In this document: positions 36,207 through 59,000 of the stretch, in pieces
How positions within the stretch are numbered: position 1 is the stretch's first letter
How the letters are laid out: each line of letters begins with the position of its first letter
DNA from: Cetorhinus maximus
Taxonomy: Eukaryota
Reading direction: 5' to 3'
Assembly (NCBI RefSeq): GCF_964194155.1
Contig: NC_135893.1
Span: 57,970,001-58,034,000 of the forward strand
Length of the DNA stretch: 64,000 bases
The notes under the pieces: model-generated
Seen by the model: only the letters and a program-made list of their open reading frames with translations
Told to the model about the DNA's origin: nothing
Databases searched by the model: none
Program-made: the position numbers and the translations under genes

Positions 36207-39200
36207 TCCTGCATATCAAAGGTGGGGCAGTTTATGACTGTGCAAGCTCAACTTCAGTTTCCTTTGTTCATGAACATCTCTCAGGGACACTGGTATCCTA
36301 ACCTGTCTAATTGCCCCATCAGGCTGGGTAGCACAATTTTGCAAAAACCAGACAGATATGCCCTAGCAGGCTAACAGACAAGGAGATGCAGCTGCTTTAT
36401 TCAATGTTGTTTCTTTTACAGCCTCACAGAGATGTGTCAATCATGCCCTAGTCAATCAACAATTCACTGGAGTCTGATCGGAGGGATAATGTTGCACTGG
36501 TGGAGGGGCAGAATCAAGGGAGTGCTGCACTGGCAGGGGCGCAGTTTTCTGCAAGTATTTACTCCCTATGGTACTACTTGAAGAAAGCAGCAATGTCATG
36601 GTCAACATCAGTAAATAACCACTTTCATCTTATTGCTGTGGTGATTGCACTCGAAAGCATGTATCATGTTCCAGAGTTGTAATACGTCTCACTATCCAAT
36701 CCTACAATTCTCTGAGAACTCTACATTCCTCCAACAATGGCTTCTTACACTCACCATGCCTTCCTGAAATCCCTCCCTAAACCTTATAATTTACCTTAAA
36801 AGCTACTACTTTGACCACGTTTTTAAGTCATTTGATCAAATATCTTGTGGCTTCTTGTCAAATTATGTTCGATTACCCTCCTGTGACACAACCTGCGTTG
36901 TTTTACTACGGTAAAGGTGCTATATAAATTATTACATAAGATCAGGCGTGCTCACTCTCCTTATTCTTTTGGTGGGTCCCTGGCTTACTCAAGGAGCATA
37001 TGCAACGCAGTGAGATGCAAAGCTACTCCAGCTGGTCCATAGACAGGGTAGAGGGTAAGAGCTGGGTTGGCAACCAGATACTAAGCTTCATCCATAGCAA
37101 ACTGAGGAGGCCCTCAGTACAAATCTGCCACCATCTGGCACAAGTTGAAAATCTTACTCAAGAAGCCTATCATCACAGTTGGTTTAGAAAAATCCACCGG
37201 CAGTCACCTGAGGTAGGCAGAGTAGCTGTTGGGGCATAAGAACAGTCAAGGATGGAAAAAAGCCATTCTAACCTTGTCCTTTTGATGCACTAACTCTCTC
37301 AATGTAACACCCAAATACACTTTAATGTTTAAAAAGGAAGCACATAAATATTTGAGAGAAAAAATAGTGAGACGGCAGGGTAATGGGATAAAGTGGATCT
37401 CTCTTTCAGAGAACTCCTATAGACACAATGGGTTGGAAGCCATACTTCTGTGTTGCAGTTATGTGATTCTAAGGCTTGCTGGTATGTGTCCCTTTAGTGA
37501 CTGTTATTGGTTAAATACTGCAGTGTACATACTTCCCTCACCCCTGTGCTCTATAAAGTCCTTCGTGGCTGCAATTTATCATTTTCCATTTATATTTCAT
37601 GGAGAATTTATAATGCACAAAAACCAAGGGTAATCATGAACATTTATTACATTTGCATATGAAACTTTCTAATTAATTCTTTGACAGATGTGACTTACAC
37701 AGCAGATCCAAGTGGTGCTCTGGTGTCCTCCAGTTCCCTTTGGAGTGTTGCAGGCAAAGTGCACTGCAGAGGGAACCTGTTTGGAAACAGTGCTGGACAG
37801 AACTGGCACAAAAAAAAATGAATAGAATCTGGTTGTTCTTCTAAAGAGAGAGGGGCAGAGTACACTGTACAAACAGCTGGAAACAGCAGTAAATTTGAGC
37901 TGTGCTCAGAAAATGTGCATCATGGCTGGGGCATGGCAATGTGAAACTGCACAATATATATGGCATGAAGCAATACTAATGTCAATTGAATCTGGGGTGT
38001 TTCTGATACTGTTGCACCATGACAATGAGTCACCAAGTGTTACACTGCAAGTTCTCACCTCCCATTATCCATGTGCTTAGCCCTAGATAACTCATTTGCT
38101 ATCAATGAGAAGCACTGGCAGGAAGCAAGAACCATCCCAAAAGAGGAGGTATAAAGAGGGAGAAAAAAAAAGATTTGATGGACAATTCAAGGTTAATATA
38201 CATTGTCCCATTGCCCAAAGTCCCACTCAACTCTTGCTCTAAGAAGGATGATGATATCTACCCTCAGTTTTGGGATTGTCTGGTGCCTTCCACAGGGAAG
38301 ATGAACCTATGGGACACTGATCAGTTCAAGCAAGTGAAATGGGTGTCCTTAGGAGGTAGGAAAGCAGCTACCCAGTTTCCCAAAACCCATTAGCCAAAGG
38401 GAGACCAAGAGCAACCAAATAACCAGAGAGCTCCAGTGCCCCAAACCAACACCAATTTGAACCCTGCTTGCTTGTCTGAAGACCCCAAAATCTGGATTCT
38501 AATCCTTCTATCTACGGACATTCAAGTCTACATAACTATGCAAGACCATAACCGCACATTATCTATGAACTGGGTTCAATTTGTCACATGGCATGCTTAC
38601 TGCAGTAGCTTCAAAAGCTGTAATTTTCTTTAAAAATCTGTCTTGGTGCCCTGTGAAGTCAATTCTCTTTCAATCACACTATTTTATCAGGCACCATGCC
38701 TTGGTTGAAGAATTGGGTCTTTAATTAAACGTTCTTTCATATAAACTGGATACACTTTGGTAACTAAGGATCATCACTGGTTTGATGGAAGGGTAAGCCC
38801 CTCACCATCAACACCCCCTGCCCCACCCCCTAGTTCTCACTGACATCCAAGAAACAGCCAAAGCACTGAAACAATGCTGCACATTTTGCTGCTGACTGAC
38901 ACCCTCCAAGAATTCTGCCCCCTAGGGAGCTGTATCCTGCATTGCATCAACAAGGATCCCAATTAGCGTTGGTAGTTAAGTGGATTAAACAGTATGAATT
39001 GTGTAAATAGCAGGTGGCAGACAGTCTGAAGGGCATTTTACACAAACATTAAGTCAAGAATGACTGAATTCTTAAGAGAAAAAGCATATAATCTTTACAT
39101 TCAGTCACAATCGAAGCTATTTTCCAATTTATAAGCAGATTAAACCTGTTAATGTGTGTAGGTTGCTCAATGATTTAACATTTCACCACAGAAATAATTT

Positions 39201-40831
39201 CTAGAATAAATATGGTATGTTCCCAGGCTCTGGATTTTCTCTGGCTTTATGCAGGGCCAGCTTATGATTTAAAATTGGTGAAGTGAAGACTACCCAGACA
39301 TACAGAGAATCACTGAGTGTAGAGGAGCAGCAAGTCTTCACCAGACCAAAGACGAATACATATAATTTAGAACACCTGGGTTTCCCTACATTACAGCCTC
39401 TCCATCACTTGGGAGTGCCCAGGCAGAATCTAGGTCTTCTGTTTGTCCAGTCGTTCACTTTCAGTTCCCCAATTAACTGGATTCTGCAACAAGAAAACAA
39501 AGTTAAATGTAGAATGACGGATGCCCAGGAGGAGCTGGTTCAAGGCTGGGAACTAATGGAAGAGTTCAGACAATTTATATATAGAATAACAAACACATGG
39601 GGGCAGAGTTAGGATTGTGCAATCGTGCAAGACCCACAGAGGATCCAGTGATAGGAGACCTGTGCTTGGCTGATAGCTGATCATTTGATTAGATTACCCA
39701 TTACAATCAGGATCATATATTTGTGGAATTGACAGTGGAGTAATCCAGCTAGGTGCTTTAGTATTGTTATCTAGTAAATAATAGGAACCACAAACCAAAC
39801 CTTTAGACAAAGTAAGAACTGCCCCAAATAGGTGTTGGAAAAACTGGAAGAAAAACAATTTGAATAGTGAGTAAATGCTTGTTCAAACTCAGAAACGTGT
39901 AGTGGGATGGGATGGAAATGCTGTCTATGCAAATTTGGTGCAGATGGGTGTGAGAGGACTAGTTCACTAGTCACTTCAGCAGAGACATGTCATTATATAG
40001 CATTTTATCATGAACTTCCCAAAATGCCTTACAGTGCATTTCTATGCAGGCAATGTTATGTAGTTAAATACTATATAGCCATTTTGCACGTATCAACTAT
40101 CTTTCTGGGATCTTGCTATGAATGACCAGTTAATGTGTTGCTAGACGTCGTCATTGAGGGAAAAATGTTGATCAGAACATGAAGAACTCCTTACGCTTTT
40201 ACATATCATGCCATGAGGTCTGGAACATTTAACATCCATTGAACATGAAGATGGGGTCTTGGTTTAATGTCTCCTCTGGAAGAGAGCATCTCTGACAATG
40301 TAGCACTACCTCAACACTGAAGCGCAGCACCAGCCATGATGATCTGCTCAAGTCCTAGTGCATTTGGAACCTTTGGGCCAGTGGGACAGTGCTACTGACT
40401 GGGCAGCACCAACATGTCACCTGCTCACTAACTCCTGATCCATTACACCTCTTTAGAATCCAGGGGAGAGCTAGTCGTAAATTATTTTGGAGTAGTTACA
40501 GGGAGTGAGAACAGATCAACACCCTCCAAAGGAAAGTATTTAAAAATTAACATTTCTGCAGGAGCTGGAAGAGAGGCAGGCCAATCATGAAAAAAATTAA
40601 AGCTTCAGGATTCAGCCAGCACAAACAAAACTTAGGATCTGAAGGCAAAGCCAGTCACATCTCAAATCTACCGTGGAGGCCAAGGGCTCAGACAGGGATG
40701 GAATGAAACAAAAGCAGCTTAAATATTAAACTCTATGCACCCCAGGCATTTGCAGGTTTATGAGTTTCACTAACACAGGTTCCCTTTTGTCACCATACCT
40801 GTATTTGTGGTGCTCTGGAGAAAAGGCTCTC

Positions 40832-49527
<8,696 letters not shown>

Positions 49528-49984
49528 CCTCCGTTGTCGAGGCTACCGCTCCCCTTCTCACCCGGAAGCACAATGCGCACTTCCGGGACAAATTCACCAG
49601 CGTCGACCCGAACGGTCTGAATAAAAATTGAAATGCCCGCTGCTCTTCCTTTCATTTTCCGTTGTTAGACTGCCATCCTGAAAAAAAAGATCGATTAAAG
49701 GTTAATATTTTAATTAAAAGGCGGGCGAAACTCTTTAATGATTGACGTTGGGAACGACCAATAGCGTGGAGAGTTAGCGCTGCCTTTCCTCCAATCATCT
49801 AATGGAGGTGGGGGCGAGGCGAGCGGCGAGCCTGTGAGCTGATTGGTTAGAATTGGCGGGGCACATGCAGTCCGTTTGCTCAGCTGATCCGGGCATTGTT
49901 CCCGCCCCGTGTGAGGGGTGGTCGGTTTGACATTACCTGGGGCAAGATTTAAACCCTGCACTCCCTCTGGAGCATCAACTCACA
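49528..49984. promoter_or_regulatory. Bidirectional DCTN5/PALB2 promoter
   Basis: 457 bp between divergent ATGs, CpG-rich. CCAAT boxes at 49758, 49791, 49842(-) and 49852(-); E2F-like TTGGCGGG 49853-49860 and TTCCCGCC 49899-49906; ETS-like CCGGAAG/CTTCCGG at about 49562-49586; TTTAAA CHR-like 49948-49953. Confidence 0.8.
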
Positions 49985-50032
49985 ATGGAGAACAGTGTGA
50001 AAAAACCCCTGAGCTGGGAAACCAGGCAGCAG
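49985..50032 (+). CDS. PALB2: PALB2 exon 1 (MENSVKKPLSWETRQQ)
   Basis: acaATGG Kozak context; CAG|gtaaa, 48 nt. Confidence 0.88.
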
Positions 50033-53000
50033 GTAAAGTAGAACCAGCAGCGCCAGCTTCTCATCAACTCATTCGCAGTAAGAGCAATATTAACCCAATT
50101 CATTATTTATTTCATCCCCAGCTCAAAGAACGATTGGCCTTGCTGAAGAAAGAATATGCAAAGACAGTCTACAAATTGCAGGTGAATGTCCCCTTGTTGC
50201 AGCATAACATTTGTATTTGAGAGCTAGTTGGTGAGTGTAGCATGACTTGGGAGAAACAGGTAAAGTTGAGCCCATGATTCCTAATATCCTCCATCAGTGG
50301 GGTTTTCCTTGCCTCATATCTTGTTCTGTTATAGACCAATTGATAGCGATTGATTGCTATGATTAGTCAACAACTCCATTGCTGTTGTATCATGCAACTA
50401 CCAGGACAGCAGAAGGTGAATGCAATGGACTGTGGTACTAACCTATCATTTGAAGTGCAGTCACTGTGATTATGTTAGCAGCCGATTTATGTACCTCAAG
50501 GGAAGTGAGATGACGAACCAATAATCTAGTTTTGTTGTTGGTCAGAACAGAAGTGCTCTCCTGCGCCTCATCCAATAGTGCCACGGGACCTTTTAAGTCC
50601 ACCTGAACAGACAAACGGGGCCTTGGTATAATGACTCATTTGAAAAGATGGCATCCCAGTGGTGAAATATCAGTCCAGATTGTACTTACTGTATAGTTCT
50701 GACATTTTCAATGACAAACTTGACTAATTTTGTGGTGAAATGCTTTTCTATCAGTGTGGTTGAGGAGAAGCCCATCTGCTGAGATGTTGTGATATTAATT
50801 AACATATACCACATCAAACAGCATGACACGATAGGTCATTTGTGTAGCTTTAGCCGGTCAAATTCTAGTTGAACCCCTGAGAGCGCGTACTAAGGTATTG
50901 ATTTTACCAAACTCAGCTTCAATATCAGTTTAGGCCAGTTGGTATAACACTTGCTTCTGAGTTGGAAGGCGGTTGGTTCAAGCCACACCAAAGGACTTGA
51001 GTCCATAATTAAGGCTTCCCTCTCACTGACTTTATGTTGGCCAGTCTGATAATCTCTCACTTTCTTTATTTTCTGCCACTAGCGTGCACAGAAAGCTGAG
51101 CGTGTGCGGAATCATGTTAAAAACACCATCACACACCAGAATCAGCTGCTAGAAGAGCAAAGCGCAACCCAGCTGACAACTGGTAAGTTTTCAGCAAATG
51201 ATTTTAAACTTTAGAATGGATCATGTTTTTCAGTTGACTTCTCAATCATAATGACCTGAGTGATGGGCTTTCCGACAACAAATGGAAACCTTAAGGTGAC
51301 ATGTCACTGGACTGCCCCTGCATTCTGTACAAATGACAATTGGGAGTTGACTTGCTCCTCAATTGTCAACAGTGTGGTTTTGTCACCAGCACTGACATCA
51401 ATTGTCTCCCCTGACATAAAGCACCTTAGCTTGTCACCCACCCACTCCGATTCCTAATTAGCATGGAAGCAGAAGAGACCATTCAGCCCCTCAAGCCTGT
51501 TCTGCCTGATGCTAATTTAGAATTAATACACCGATTGTTTTTAATTAAAAAAAACCTTTTAGCCGTGCTTGCCTTTATATTCGGATTGTGTATCTGTCTC
51601 TGCTTCCTTCTCTTTCCCACAAGGAAATTAATTCAGGACCTAATGTATGTTTCTTGAATCTCCTTTTTACAAAGGTGAGTCCTCGCCATTTTTGGATTTT
51701 ACACGTCAGTCAAGCTCTTCATATCAGAGAAGCCAAGTCCCATTAGAAGAAAGCAATGAGAAAAAATCAGCAGTGACCTTTAACCTTGAGCTGGAAATCA
51801 TAGACGCCATTGGTGGCCCAAATGTGGCTTTGACAAGCACCTGTGAAAATGTTGAAGATCCTTCAGCAGAACCCGCATTTTCCCCCGTTGTGGAAATGGA
51901 CTCTGTCGCAAAGACGGACAGTCGAGTTCCGAGTCGTCTGAAACTGAAGAAAAAGAGGTTAAGTGAAGTACTGAAAAGGGAGGTGTGTGGAGCAGCCAGT
52001 GAACTGAATGCATCTTCAGCTGTTTATGGAGAACCCTGTGTTAAAGGAATAGACGAGCTGGATTCAGCTGTTACTGAAAAGAATGCAAGGTCTTCTATCT
52101 TTAACAGAAGCAACTATGTCCCCAAGTCACTTGGTAGAGATGTAAAGGAGAATGTACAACACAACGTATTCTATGGTTCTTCTCCAGGTGAAGATGACTC
52201 TGTGTCATTAAAAAATGAAGCACAAGTGGTAGCAGGTAATTGCTTGACCTCACCCTTGGGCAGAACTGTGAATGACACAGTTTGCTGTAGTCCTGGTGAC
52301 AAATCTACAGCAGTGTCTGTGTGTGAAAATGAAGCTTTCAGTTCAAGGGACCCAGAGGCACTGACAGAAGCTACCCGACCACAGCAAGCAAAACCAAACT
52401 GTTCTGAAGATCTCATTGAAGCCTCTGAGAGCAATCTTACAAGCGAGGCGGCAGTGTTAGAACTAGATAGGCTGCAGACAAGTACTGCTGTACATGAAGC
52501 TCCAGAAGACAGTCCACTGAACTCTTGTACCCTTGTTGAGGGCCTTCTCTTCCCTGTTGAGTATTATGTGCGGACAACTCGGCGCATGACCAGCAGTCAG
52601 CGACAGGTGGATCTGGACGCAGTGATTCACAGCCACTTGGGAAAGTGCAGAAATAGTGGCAGAGGAAGGTCTAGGAAGTCCACACATGACCAGAGCCGTC
52701 CTGTAAAAGCCCTCCCCAAGGCAGAGGGAGAGATCAGTAACACATTATTACTTTTTAACAGTCAGGAGGGTGATTTTGCTGCATCTAACGCAACTTCTTC
52801 ACAGCATGACTCACTGTACCCCTGGAATTTTGGTGTTGATTCTCAGAGCATTAAATCAAGCCAAGTGAAAGGGAGAAAAAGAGATAAAGGAGGATCTATA
52901 AAATCCAAGCTCACTGATACTAAGGTGTTTAAAGATGCAGAGCTTGCAGAGCAGATTTTAAATAATCACACAATTCCTGATGTTCAACATATTGTGACTT

Positions 53001-56000
53001 CTGATGTTCAGAGTGAGAGAGAAAGCAAGGAGAATGAAAGTAACTTTTGTCTGCCAGTGCCCAACACTAATGAACGGTATGAAAATGCTGTAAATAAGTT
53101 GAATAGTCATGATTTTTCAGGCATTACTAACTTTAATATCAAGAGTTTCGACCTGTCTCAGGATAAACCTAAACACATTGTGGAACCACTGCAGAGCTTC
53201 ATTGAAAGCCAGACCAATGATGTATTCGTAAGGCCTTTCAAAGAGGACTCAAATGATCTGCCAACAACACAACGGGAGTCTGTATCAACTGTGCTAGAGC
53301 ATCACTCGGGATTAAACAGTGATACCGACAGTCAGGAAATGGTCCCAGAGACTCAGCAAGGTCCCTTTCTTGGCAAGAGTTTCAGTGGTACAAGCCAGTT
53401 ATTTCCATTGGGGATTGACTTGAACAAAGAGGACACTTTGTCCCAAGTGTCTCAGCCCAGAAGGAGGGTGAGGCTCTCAAAAGGTGAACACTGCGTGCAT
53501 TGTTCAATTTTAATAGATTTGGCTACAGGTCTCCTGATCTGATTCTTTGAGTACTGACATTACAGAGTTGGTAAAGCACATTAGTTTTTGTTTAGGAGAA
53601 GGAAAGAAATTACCTTTGATGATCTCAGGAGGTCTCAAAATGCTTCTCCACTAATAGATGTACTTTATAAAGTGTAGTAATCATTATTGCAAGGGTTGGG
53701 GCTGATGACCAGAGAGATTACAATGATCTATAGTTGGGCAGGTAGGAAATGAGCAGATTCATGGTGTCATTTAAGGAGTTAACATGTCTATTATTGTCAT
53801 TTAATTAGCCCCCATGTTAGGAGTATCTTGTGTATTACTTGATTTTTAAGTAAAGATGAGTATGGTGGGAATGGCCTGTGGGTTAGGTGTGTGGTTATAG
53901 GGAGTAGGAAGGAAATTGGCAGTGAGGCCACAATCAGATCAGCCATAATCTTATTGAATGGTGGAGCAGGATCAAGGGGCCGAATGGCCTACCTTTGCTC
54001 CTAATTGATATGTCCTTGTGTTGTTTTTCCCTTTGGTTTTATTTTCAATCAATATGTCTGTTTTTTAAAATAAAAATCAGAAGTGCTGACTTTTAGAGAA
54101 CCAGGACAATTGTGATAAGTTTGTTTACAGTTTTTATAAATACTGGGAGGGAAACTTAAATGATCAGATACTGGAGACATCCACTGTTCTGTAATAGATC
54201 TCAGTTTAAGCGCTGATCTCAGTGCTGTATGGTAAGGTTTCCTGGTGCCTTCGTTCATGCTGTGTCATAGATGGACAGATGCTTCATGAGAAGCCCTTTA
54301 AGTATAATTAAACTAAAAAAGGATGATAGCGCTTGCCTCTAATCTATATATTTACTTTGCCCATTTAGTGATTTGCCTCACTTCTTCCATAACTGTGGAA
54401 GGCTCATTCTGGTTAAACTGTGATACCGTTGTGGGGCAGGCTTGGTGGACCAGTGGGTCTTTTCTGTCTGTCAATTTCCATGTGCAGTAAGTCCTCACTT
54501 AAAGTTGTGGCTGCGTTCCTGACAATTGCAACTTTAAGTGAATCATTGATTCACTTATGTTAAAGTCGGAGCTTGGTTTCTTTGGACATCTCACGCTCTT
54601 CCCCCCGCCCCGGAAGGGGGAGGCAAACCTGGAAGTTGGAAAGTGGGTGGGGCGGATGATGGTGGTGTCAGTAAGGCAAGGGTGGGGGGGGGGGGGGCGA
54701 TGTTGGCGAGGCTGGGAATCAGGGTGTGGGGGTACGGGGTGGAGAGGCAAGGCTGGGAGTGGGAGGAAGAGGGACTGAGGGCAAGGTTGGAAGCTTTGTA
54801 GGAAAAGTCATGTTAGCAGGCCACAGAAGAGGAAGCCTGTGGCAAATTACGTTAAAGTGAAACTGGCAATGTTAAACTGATACACTAACACTACTTTATG
54901 AAAGATGTTAAAGTGAAGCAAAGTTGCGTGAGTCGACGTTAAGCAAGGACTTACTGTATGTTTGAGACTGCTGATGTAATGTGATTTATATTTTCCCAAT
55001 AGGTAACTGTTATCGTAAAACACGTGCTGGCTCCAGGAAACTCACCACTAGACTTGAAGAAGGGACGCTGACATGCTCAGAACCATTACTCCCTGTTAAA
55101 AAGCCTGTTGTAAAAAGGCTGTTTCACAGCCTGGAGGTCCAGGATTTTGACCTTCCCGATGAGGAATACGGTCAACTTAAAGAGAAGTTAAGAGCAGGGT
55201 CATTGAGGAAATCGCTTCTTCCTTCCCAGCACAATATAGTTGACTGTACTGTGGAAACTCAGGTGGAAACAGAGAATTGGGATACAGGGCACTGTGAAAG
55301 TCTACATTCACAGAACATTAAACAAACTGCAGAAAACCTTGAGGAACACCACCCAAAAAGTAAGATGGCTCAGTCATTCCTAAAGCAGGAGATCTTAATA
55401 TTCTAATCAAAGTACATCAGTTTTTTTTTAATAAATGCCCAACATTTACCTTATTCTCTTTGCCAAGTTAGATATCCTTTAAGTATTTTAAGAGAAAGGA
55501 CAAACAGCACATCGTAGTACAGGTTTCTCTTTGTGCTGTTAGCAGAGCTTAATTGAATAAGCTAGTTATAGACCATACCTACGCAGTACAAATTATATGA
55601 ACTATAGACTGTATGCATTTTGACTTGTAATAGTGGTAAAGATATTCTATGCTAAATGTGCATGCTGAGCTGCAGCTCTCCAGTGACTTGGGTAGCATCT
55701 CTGATAGTGACAGACTATGCAAAACTTCTTCAAGTCAGACTTGGACATCTCCAGTACTTGAACGAAAGTAAATTTGAAGTTGTTTTGTCTGGTGTCAATG
55801 AAGGTCCAAATCACAGTTTCTCATCAAGCCACCTTTACCCAGAGGTATTACAACCAGTAACAATAAGTTCAGTATAAAAATAAAATTAATGAAGTGTACA
55901 GTCATTGTATTTAAGTTAGTTTTCATTAATTAGCAAGAAAACTTCATGTCAGGATTTGCCAGGATTCTTCAACTGGTTAAACAACATCTGAAGTACTGCT

Positions 56001-59000
56001 TTTGGATTTGGGCACCACACCATCAGGATATTTTGGAGAAGGTGCAGTGCAAATTCACCAGAATCTAAAAGGGTTAAATTATGAGGTCAGGTTGCATTCC
56101 CTTGAGTATAGAAGATTAAAGGGTGAAACAATTGAGGTGTTTAAGATAATTGAGGGAGTTGATGGGGTAGATATAGAGACTGTGTTTCCTTAGGTGGGAA
56201 AATCAAGAACAAGGGGCATAACATTAACATTATTGCCTGGCCATTCAGGGGTGATCTCACCAAGCACTTCTTCACAGAAAGGGTAATGGAATCAGGTTTT
56301 TTTCCCCACCTTCCCCACCCCCCACATGCCCACCCCAAAAAAACCTCTTGAGGCTGGAGATAAATTTAAAAATTCAAAACTGGGATTAATAGATTTTTGC
56401 TAGACAAAGGTATGAGGGATATGGAACCAAGGTGAGTGGCATTATGATACAGATAAGCTATAACCTAATTGAATAGTGGTACAACCATGAAGAGCTGAAT
56501 GGCCTTCTCTTGTTCATGTGTCTGCTCCTAGCAGCATATCATTCAATCAAGTACTTTGATTTTGTAATAGAAAAAAATTGAAATGTACCATAGCAGCATC
56601 CGAAATTGATCAGCATCTGAAAAGATAAAGCGGGGATGTTTTTCCAATTGAAAGAAGAGTTGCATGTGTGTGCATGCATGCTGGTGACAATCTCCCATTT
56701 TTGGCTGTTGCCCATCTAAATATATGTATCTGTTATTCTGATTCATCATTGCTGAGCCAAAGTCACTGAACTCTCTCCCTAACAGCACTGCTGAGAGTAC
56801 CTTCACCTTAAGGACTGCAGCAGGTCAGGAAGGTGTCTCCCCACCACCTCCTTTGGAACAGTTGTGGATGGGCAATAAATGCTGATCTGGAGGTTGCAAT
56901 CTTGGACCATCAGGCTGTGAAAAGCCCTTTTGCAAGTGACACCCGCATCCCATAATTAATAAAGAATACACACACACACCAGTCATTCATTTAAGGCTGA
57001 ATATGTGAAAGTTACGCCTTTTAATGGATTAATTAATATGCACATGTTTTCATCTAGAGAGTTTGGACTGCAAGGAAATGAGCAGGACCCCAGAGGAACC
57101 AGCAGCAGATGACATGTGTCCTTATGGTCAGAAAAGGCCAAAAACTACATCTGGCTATAAACTATCCTCCAGCGTTCTGCTGTCAACACCTTCCTGTACC
57201 CTAAAGGCAGGGAATGTCCACCAGTGTGAACAAGATGCAGGTAGCCCTGTGTTCCCTTCACTTGGCTTTACTCCTGCATCTAGTTCTCCGGTCCTTTCCC
57301 AAAACAGTCATGGAAACCAGAATTCATCCCAAATTGCCACACTGTCACATATGTGTGAAGATGCTCAGAATAATGACGGGAACTGTGGGAAAAGGTCACA
57401 GATATCTACTGAAGGAATGGTGCCGCTAGTAAATAACGAAGACACTCTTTCTGCAAGGGAACATCTAGATAAGGATGAACAACCTCAGGAGCACTTCCAT
57501 GGCAATTGTGAGACAAACTTCTGTCAGTCAGAAGTTTTGAATGAGGATTGTGATGTGAAATTTGCTGAAGAGGGCACTGTAATTGAAGAGGTATGTTTTT
57601 TTTACGGCACATGCTGGTTAGTGCGATGATGAGATTTGTTCCCATGGATTGTTGAGTGCAGGGTAGGGCACACTGAGTCCCTCATCTTGAGTGTGTTTGA
57701 GGCAGAAGTGCAAAGTAGAGGTCAGTAACTACCCCTTAACTAGGTCATCTGGTTGGTCACTTGGATGAGTGAACCTGTTGCAATTTGCATTCCCTTTATT
57801 GAAAGGTGCGTGTGACTGAGGTGCAGAATTGAAAAGGGCACATTTTTTGTCCCTCTTATTGTCCCTGCTGCAGAGAGCAGCAGCTCCTATCTGTAACGGT
57901 ATGTAACCCACCTAAGCAAACAAAATGCAGTTATTTCTGTAATTATGTTAAATTTGCCACCTTTGGTGGCTGCTTCTTTGTCCCTTTCAATGTTGTTTCA
58001 AATGCTTTGGGTAGGGGACAGCATTAGCTAAGAACTAAGAGGCGCACAATCAGAGAGGGGAGACTTCGGCCTGAGTGAGACAGAGACCGAGTGAGTATAT
58101 TTGAAAATTTGAGTCAAAGTGGGAATTCGGTGCACAGGGGGAAATAGGTGCTTTAGGTAAGGTTTACTGCAAGAAGTAAAGCGCGCTGAGTGGGCAATTT
58201 GGTGAAGGGTTGGGGGAGGTGCTTTTTTTCTTCTACTCTTTTTCAGCCTCCAGTATTTGATTTCCGCTTTGGTGCAGCAAAAGGAGCAGGTAAACCAGTA
58301 ACTGATATTATTAGTTTTATCGGTATTGTAAAGTTTACTGGTAGAGCCAAAACCTATTGGGAAGTGTAAGATTTATTAATTATAATTAATTAATTAACAC
58401 ATATTGGAGATGGCAGGGCAGGTGATGTGCTGCAATTGCAGGATGTGGGAGCTTCTGGATTTTGGTGTGATCTAGGGCAAACACATCTGCAGTAAGTGTT
58501 TGTGGCTACAGGAACTTCGGCAGGGGGATAGCTACCTGGACACTTTATTCCAAGAGGCGGTCAGCCTCCCCCCTAAGGATGGAGTCTTCTAATTTGGTCT
58601 GGGACAGGAGGTTGTGACTGCAATTGAGGCAGGTAGGGGGGACCCAGAGGGCAGGAATACAGGAGCCTCGGCCCCTGTAATTATCCAACAGGTTTGAAGT
58701 TTTTTCAGCTTGCTTGGATGAGAGTGGGGGCTTCAGGGTGGATGAGCTAACTGGCCTTGACAGTCTGGTACAGGAAACCATTCAAATGGGGGGAGTTACA
58801 AAGAATGTAGTGGTAGTAGGGGACAGTATGGTCAGATGGATTGATGGTGTTCTCTGCCGTAAAGGGCATGAGTCCAGGCAGCTGTGTTGCCTGCCCGGTG
58901 CTAGGTTTCGGGTCATCTGCCCTGGGCTGGAGAGGAACTTGCAGTGGAAGGGGGAGGACCCAGTTGTCGTGGTCCATGTTGGTACCAACGACATAGGCAG

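Noticed and set aside
35825-36374. Repetitive ORFs of 123-146 aa on both strands
   Set aside because: By-product of a 39-bp unit (multiple of 3); no splice or promoter context and no recognisable domain.
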